Shown in pieces: positions 58,700 to 64,000 of a stretch of DNA of 64,000 nt. The notes beneath the pieces are model-generated. The model made no database searches and was not told the DNA's origin. It saw only the letters and a list, made by a program, of their open reading frames with translations. A program made the translations under genes and the position numbers. The stretch is from Nemertoderma westbladi (Eukaryota > Animalia > Xenacoelomorpha), in the NCBI GenBank assembly GCA_032718475.1, contig JAUCBJ010002811.1, forward strand, positions 50,993 through 114,992, written 5' to 3'. How positions within the stretch are numbered: position 1 is the stretch's first letter; each line of letters opens with the position of its first letter.

Positions 58700-60745
58700 A
58701 TGGATAAACAATTGAAATGTCCATTTTGTCCTCTTCAAATTTCTAAACGTAATTATTTAACTCACGTGAAATCACATTTTGAAGAATATAATTGTTTTAA
58801 TTGTCGAGTGAAATGTTCACGTGAAGAAATATGCAAACGACATGAATCAACCACAGGATGTAAAGAAATTAAGTTTTGCGTGTATGAAAAAACTTGCCCT
58901 ACTTGTAATAAAGAGTATTTATATGATAATTATTTACGTCACGACTGTCACCAACGTTATTATCATGTTAGACCACCACCACAATGGAACCAAAACAATA
59001 CTATCGTATCTAGAAAAAGACTGAAATCTGGTCAAGGTTCATCAATTTTTAACATCGAACGAGCCGCACACGATAACCGTTTAGAAATCTATGTTTACAA
59101 TCTTCCAGATGATGAAGATTTTCCTGATATTCATTCATCATTAATTAAAATTCAACCTCACATCCAAACTTTATTATTGGGAAAACTTAGCGAAATGAAT
59201 GTACTTAGACCCTGGCTAGGTGTGAATATACTCATGTATCGATCACATTTTTCAGAGGGTGATCAAGAAGAAGCTTTCTATTTTAGTTCTTCAGGTGGTG
59301 CAGTTAATACCGTAGATTCACATGAAAGTTTTGACTCATGGTTTGAGTATGTATTAGAAAAATTAATGCAAAAAATAGCCATGTTTAACACTCGTGGCTC
59401 AGGGTGGCGTGTTAAATCTTTATTAAGGGTTGAAATTAAAGTAGCTGAATCCAAGTGTAGGTCACTGGAATATAAGGGACACGGTTATATGGAGTTACCT
59501 AAGGCTCTAGCGTGTAAACAATGTGTTATAAATATACAAACGGCTGATAATGATTGTTTTAAATGGGCAATTATAGCTACAAAATTTAGTAGCAAAGTGA
59601 AGATAAACAAAAACTGTACTTCACAGTACAAAAATTATATGAGTCATTTCATTTTTGACAACGGCAACAAAGATTATCCAACAGAATGGCCGCTTGCAAT
59701 TAAACTTTTTGAAAAACAGAATTCAGCATATATAATTAATTTATTACTCTACGACAACAATCGAGTATCTATATTAAGACAGGCACCATTTAGTAAAATC
59801 ACTCCAGATAAAGAGTTATTGAATATATTACTTGTAAAAAATAAGAATACGAGTAAACAATCACATTATGTTTGCATAACTAACTTGAATCGTTTGATGA
59901 ATACAAGAGGTAAGCATATTGGAGGTAGGAAATATTGTGAACGGTGTTTGGCGCCTTTCTACACCAATGATGTTCTAGAACGTCACCGCCTTGCTTGTTA
60001 TCGAGGAAAAAGTCAAGTTGAGAAGCTACCATCTGAAAAAAGAACTCACATTAGCTTTAGAAATTTAGACAGAACATTACCAGCATTGTTTGTAATATAT
60101 TTTGACATAGAATCTATTTTGGAGCCAGCTAGCAACAGTAAATTTATTCAGAATCATATTCCATGCGCTGTAAGTTATTTAATTGTTCCTAGTAGTGAAT
60201 TAATCAATCCACCAAAATTTTATTTGAAGACTTTTACAAAAACAATCGACAACAACTGTATTCAAGACTTTTTAGACTCTGTATATAATGACATCACCCA
60301 ATTATATAAGTGGTCAGAAACCCACACGAGAGAGAGAATGATACTTAATGATGTAGATAAGTTAAGTTTTTGGAAAGCTAAAACTTGCTTTTATTGCAAT
60401 GTTTTATTTAAGGATAAGTCTGAGAAAAACAAACATCACTCACATATTACTGGTAACTATATAGCGGCCGCTTGTAACGCATGTAACCGCTCTTTATCGT
60501 TGAAACGACACATGTATATACTTGCTGCACACAACTGCAATCTCTACGATTTGCATTTTCTTTTGCAAGTTGGTTTTACCAACAACCGATATTCCGATTG
60601 GGATATAAAGGTAATCCCTAAAAATTCTGAAAGGTATATTTCACTAAGCATGCATATACCGGTGAAAGACTCAAAAACTAAGATCGAGCTACGTGTCTTA
60701 GACACATATCAATTTTTATCCTTTTCCCTAAGTACTTTGTTATAA
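58700..60745 (+). pseudogene. polB: Protein-primed B-family DNA polymerase, truncated before the polymerase palm
   Basis: N-terminal zinc fingers, RGSGW, VINIQTADNDCFKWAI, HYVCITNLNRL, IYFDIESIL (ExoI), HHSHITGNY...CNACN (HNH/EndoVII-like insert), AHNCNLYDLHF (ExoII), LDTYQFL then stop. Confidence 0.9.
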
Positions 60746-61577
60746 CAGTGCGACCTCTGCTGAAGTTAATTAATTGCCCTTGGCCGTCACGTAAAGTAAT
60801 TAATATTGTTTTTAGTTTTTTATTCAACAATGGGAAATAGCAAATGCTCTCGTATTCGTGATTAATATATTTTCGATTTAATTGCGTTAAAGGGCAGGTT
60901 CTTAAGAGCGGAGCTAAAGCGTCGCCAACAAATGAGCTCTTAATAATATCTGTGTATATGAAAATTGTATCTTTATTACGTGTTATATTTGTGGGAGCTG
61001 GAAAATCTAAAATGCCAATTTCCGAAATTTTTGGTCCGCTATAATTTAAAATTAATATCGGCTGTTCTATATTGCTTAATTCATCTACTGTAGTGGTACT
61101 GTATATATCCCAATTCGGAATATCCGGATGATTCCGATCCAATAACGGTTTTAAGCCTAGAATTTGTATTAAATCACCACGTAGACTTAATTGTATTTTT
61201 TTCAACTTTTTAGGAAATTTAAATTTAATTCTAGAATTATTTGTATTAAAAATGAATTCGAAATCTCTATATTTCGCTTCAGAATTAAACAGTTTATTTA
61301 TATCATCAATAATCACTTGAATAGAGTTATGCATACCAGGAAATAAACTATATAATTTGGCATCTTTTGCATCTACCCTGATTGACAGCGAAATTTGAGT
61401 TTGCAGCGTAATATTACTGTATGTTGCTTGATATTGAAGCTCGGCAAGTCCAATTTTGGCGTTTGGACCAATATATAATTCTTCGGCTAAATCAACAGTA
61501 AATTCGCTAGGATTATTATTGGGGTAAGTGTTCAATGAGCTATCTGAAAGTAGAGTGATATATGTATCTGTGGCCAT
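60678..61577 (-). CDS. Polinton minor capsid protein (penton), last few residues replaced at the deletion junction
   Basis: YITLLSDSS..YPNN.PSEFTVDL, IGLAELQY, IFIYTDII..SFVGD..APLLR, YFPL, ITLRD.QG.LINF. Confidence 0.85.
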   Translation of the reverse strand: MATDTYITLLSDSSLNTYPNNNPSEFTVDLAEELYIGPNAKIGLAELQYQATYSNITLQTQISLSIRVDAKDAKLYSLFPGMHNSIQVIIDDINKLFNSEAKYRDFEFIFNTNNSRIKFKFPKKLKKIQLSLRGDLIQILGLKPLLDRNHPDIPNWDIYSTTTVDELSNIEQPILILNYSGPKISEIGILDFPAPTNITRNKDTIFIYTDIIKSSFVGDALAPLLRTCPLTQLNRKYINHEYESICYFPLLNKKLKTILITLRDGQGQLINFSRGRTVITKYLGKRIKIDMCLRHVARS

Positions 61578-61822
61578 TATTATTATTATTTAAGCTCGCT
61601 CTCTCTACTTGACTCCTTTGTACATACAGTATAATGTTAAATTATAGACATCTGTGACCACGTTCATTGTCGCATCTTCTACAGTATATGCGAGAGATCA
61701 ATATTTTACTGGCTTTATTTAAAGCGGATGAACTATAGATATAGTAATATCATTCGAGTTAATATTGATTAATTACGGTCATATGCGACCAAAATGAATT
61801 AATATACAGTATAAACCTAAGC

Positions 61823-62914
61823 TTATTGAATATGCTGTACCCAGGACTGTTTCTTGGATCCAATGAATCGGACTAAATATTCTTTCTTCCCATTGCGTAC
61901 ACGTTCTTTAAGTTTGCCAATATTTTTTTTGTCAATCGGAAGATAAATATTACTATTCGGGTGGACCTTTTGGAGTTCGTGAGAATAAAATGAGCCATTT
62001 ATTATAGCTCCGGCGCTGTCCTTAATATCGAACATTACCGCTGGTACTCTATCCAACCTGACTCGATGAATAATAAATAATTCACGTGTCCATTGTTCTC
62101 GATTGCCTTTAGCAAAAGCAGTACGAGCGATAGATAATCGTACTGTATCTCCAACTTTAAATTTTATTTTCTTGTGATTTATCTGTCTATATTTCCCATA
62201 TAATCTATTCATTAATTCAGTTTCATTAAATTTATTAACTTCAATGGGAGTCATTTGTATTGTCCTATGATATGTCCTATTATAAGCTGAGATAAGCTTA
62301 GGTAAAATTTTTATCCAAACATTATTTCCCCGTTGCGTGAAAATTTTGAACATCTTTGTTTTTAATGTTCTGTTGAATCTCTCGACAATAGCCGCCTTAT
62401 TCACAGAGTACATTACGTAATACTGTATACCTAACGTATCTAAATATTTCCTTACAGATTTATTTAGAAACTCAGAACCTTGATCCGTGGCGATTCTGTT
62501 TGGTTTTCCTTTCTGGAATATTTTTTGCAATATACTAATAATTTCAATACCCTTTTTTGTTTTCATACCATAGCCAAAAGCAAGCCGACTGAAGGCATCA
62601 ATACATGTTAATATATAGTTATAATTATTATTTTGCGATTTATATTGCTGCATATCCACCAAATCTATCATATATATATCTTTTAAGCCTCCCGTAAATA
62701 TTTTAGATGTTGGATAATGATGTCTACGTGGAGCGTGAAGGGTGTATGTCTTTTGCCCGCTCAACAATTTCTGGGCTTGAGTTGGTTTGATGTTTGCAGC
62801 TTTTGCTAATTTTGCGACACTTGCAAAACCCGCAGGGGATGAAGGATCTAAATAAATTCTTAACAGTTTTTTGTCTAAGCTTCGGCTTAAAATCGGTTTC
62901 ATCTTGCGTGGCAT
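61823..62914 (-). CDS. int: Polinton RVE (c-)integrase, DDE intact, chromo-like C-terminus
   Basis: IYLDPSSPAGF, YTLH.P.R, IDLVDM, IDAFSR, TDQGSEF, AAIVERFNRTLK, KEYLVRFIG. Confidence 0.93.
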   Translation of the reverse strand: MPRKMKPILSRSLDKKLLRIYLDPSSPAGFASVAKLAKAANIKPTQAQKLLSGQKTYTLHAPRRHHYPTSKIFTGGLKDIYMIDLVDMQQYKSQNNNYNYILTCIDAFSRLAFGYGMKTKKGIEIISILQKIFQKGKPNRIATDQGSEFLNKSVRKYLDTLGIQYYVMYSVNKAAIVERFNRTLKTKMFKIFTQRGNNVWIKILPKLISAYNRTYHRTIQMTPIEVNKFNETELMNRLYGKYRQINHKKIKFKVGDTVRLSIARTAFAKGNREQWTRELFIIHRVRLDRVPAVMFDIKDSAGAIINGSFYSHELQKVHPNSNIYLPIDKKNIGKLKERVRNGKKEYLVRFIGSKKQSWVQHIQ

Positions 62915-63141
62915 CTTTTCGACAACCGCAAGTAATATGTATATTCAAATCTCTTATAAAGGGCATCACCGTAAGAACAACTGAAATTTTTTGATTTTCT
63001 TTAAAGTTGATGTTTTAAAGGGTTTTCTTTTTGTAGTATTTACTCTAGGTATATCTTGAGGTTTTAAATCAGTAGCTAACGGTTTACTCGATACTAAATA
63101 TAATTTTCTAAATGTTACTCCTGTTTTAACCATTATTATTA

Positions 63142-63525
63142 TTACCGTCCACGGTTAATTTTTTTCGCAATAGCCGCCCCAGCGGCAGCGGCACCGGCAC
63201 TCGCGGCGAGTTTCGCACCAATGCCGAGTAAGGGTATTAGAAACGGTAGTATGCCTCCAGATTGATTGCTTAACTTTTTTCTGTAACTTGATATATTTTT
63301 TGTTTTACGGTTGAGGGATTTCAATACCTTCTTATAGCGCCGAATATTTCTAAATGAATGCAGGGTCAATTGTACGTTACCTTTTAGAACATTTAATGCA
63401 GTATTTACAATGAGCCGTATTAATTCGTTACTGGCGGTATGGTTAATAAAATAAGTTCTTTGTTGAGGGGTAGCGCTGCGTGGAAATTCCAGTTCGTTTC
63501 GATATTTCTGCACAAGTCTATTCAT
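63142..63525 (-). CDS. Small basic Polinton virion/core-type protein with a putative protease site
   Basis: ALNVLKGNV.LT, K/R-rich, NQSGG|ILPFLIPLLG followed by an amphipathic Ala/Gly tail. Confidence 0.65.
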   Translation of the reverse strand: MNRLVQKYRNELEFPRSATPQQRTYFINHTASNELIRLIVNTALNVLKGNVQLTLHSFRNIRRYKKVLKSLNRKTKNISSYRKKLSNQSGGILPFLIPLLGIGAKLAASAGAAAAGAAIAKKINRGR

Positions 63526-63558
63526 TGTTGCAACATTATTGAAAATTGTTACAAAATA

Positions 63559-64000
63559 TTAATTATTAATTATTATTATTATTATTATTTTCGCTACGTT
63601 TATAGTCAATGTAATTTTTAATGTAACAATTATGATTACGAAATATATCCGATCTAAATGTTCGGGTGTTTCCTGTCGTAAATCAATTAAGAAATGTGAA
63701 AATGGTTGAATTGTTGCATCTTGATAGGAATCAATTAAAAATTTGGTCTGCCCTGGTAACATTTGCTTCGCGAAATTTAAAACCGATAGACTGTCTCTCG
63801 GATTTTTCATTAATACTAAAGTATGGCTATTAATTGATCTTGTGCGGTTATGCTTCCCACCGTAAAACTTGTTTTGCGTTATAAAACAAATAAATATATT
63901 GGAATGCTGAGCTACCTTAGTAAACAATACAGTTAATGCTGTACTGGACTCAGTTTCTGTTAACAAATCATCTATAATTAATAAATCTCGACTATTGACT
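63559..64000 (-). CDS. A32/FtsK-like DNA packaging ATPase (C-terminal part; 3' end probably frameshifted)
   Basis: Walker B LLIIDDLL at the window edge, LFTKVAQHSNI..CFITQN, LVLMKNPRD, YQDAT..PFSHFLIDL. Confidence 0.88.
   Translation of the reverse strand, partial: VNSRDLLIIDDLLTETESSTALTVLFTKVAQHSNIFICFITQNKFYGGKHNRTRSINSHTLVLMKNPRDSLSVLNFAKQMLPGQTKFLIDSYQDATIQPFSHFLIDLRQETPEHLDRIYFVIIIVTLKITLTINVAKIIIIIIINN

Larger units (their letters stand above)
56088..64000. mobile_element. Polinton/Maverick (adintovirus-like endogenous virus), left part, internally deleted; continues beyond the window
   Basis: AGTAGT terminus, CCAATC-rich TIR-like repeats, pPolB, penton, RVE integrase, packaging ATPase. 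Confidence 0.92.

Noticed and set aside
1-64000. Prokaryotic or phage origin of the window
   Set aside because: Metazoan TE superfamilies, low coding density, Golgi-type glycosyltransferase, eukaryotic tRNA without encoded CCA

Overview
AT-rich, transposon-saturated eukaryotic (invertebrate-like) DNA. There is one likely host gene, a single-ORF GT32 glycosyltransferase (21949-23076, -), and a tRNA-Lys(CTT)-like gene. The dominant features are two diverged, convergent copies of a very large Bel/Pao LTR retrotransposon (1369-18157 +; 43101-53853 -). In the env position they carry an extra ~1,400-codon module (ORF3) with a WRN/EXD/Mut-7-type DEDDy 3'-5' exonuclease-like domain, CCHC zinc knuckles and a basic tail, and it shows signs of purifying selection. 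This is the best candidate for an undescribed system. The 5' LTR lacks a tRNA primer-binding site and is instead followed by 11 nt complementary to an LTR-internal 11-mer, a possible Tf1-like self-priming signal. The rest comprises CR1-group and RTE LINE pieces, Gypsy and Copia relics, a multi-level nest of DNA transposons (Harbinger, Academ, Helentron-like, MITEs), a ~68-bp satellite, and the left ~8 kb of an internally deleted Polinton/Maverick (pPolB, penton, integrase, ATPase). All family calls come from motif recognition by eye; no searches were run.
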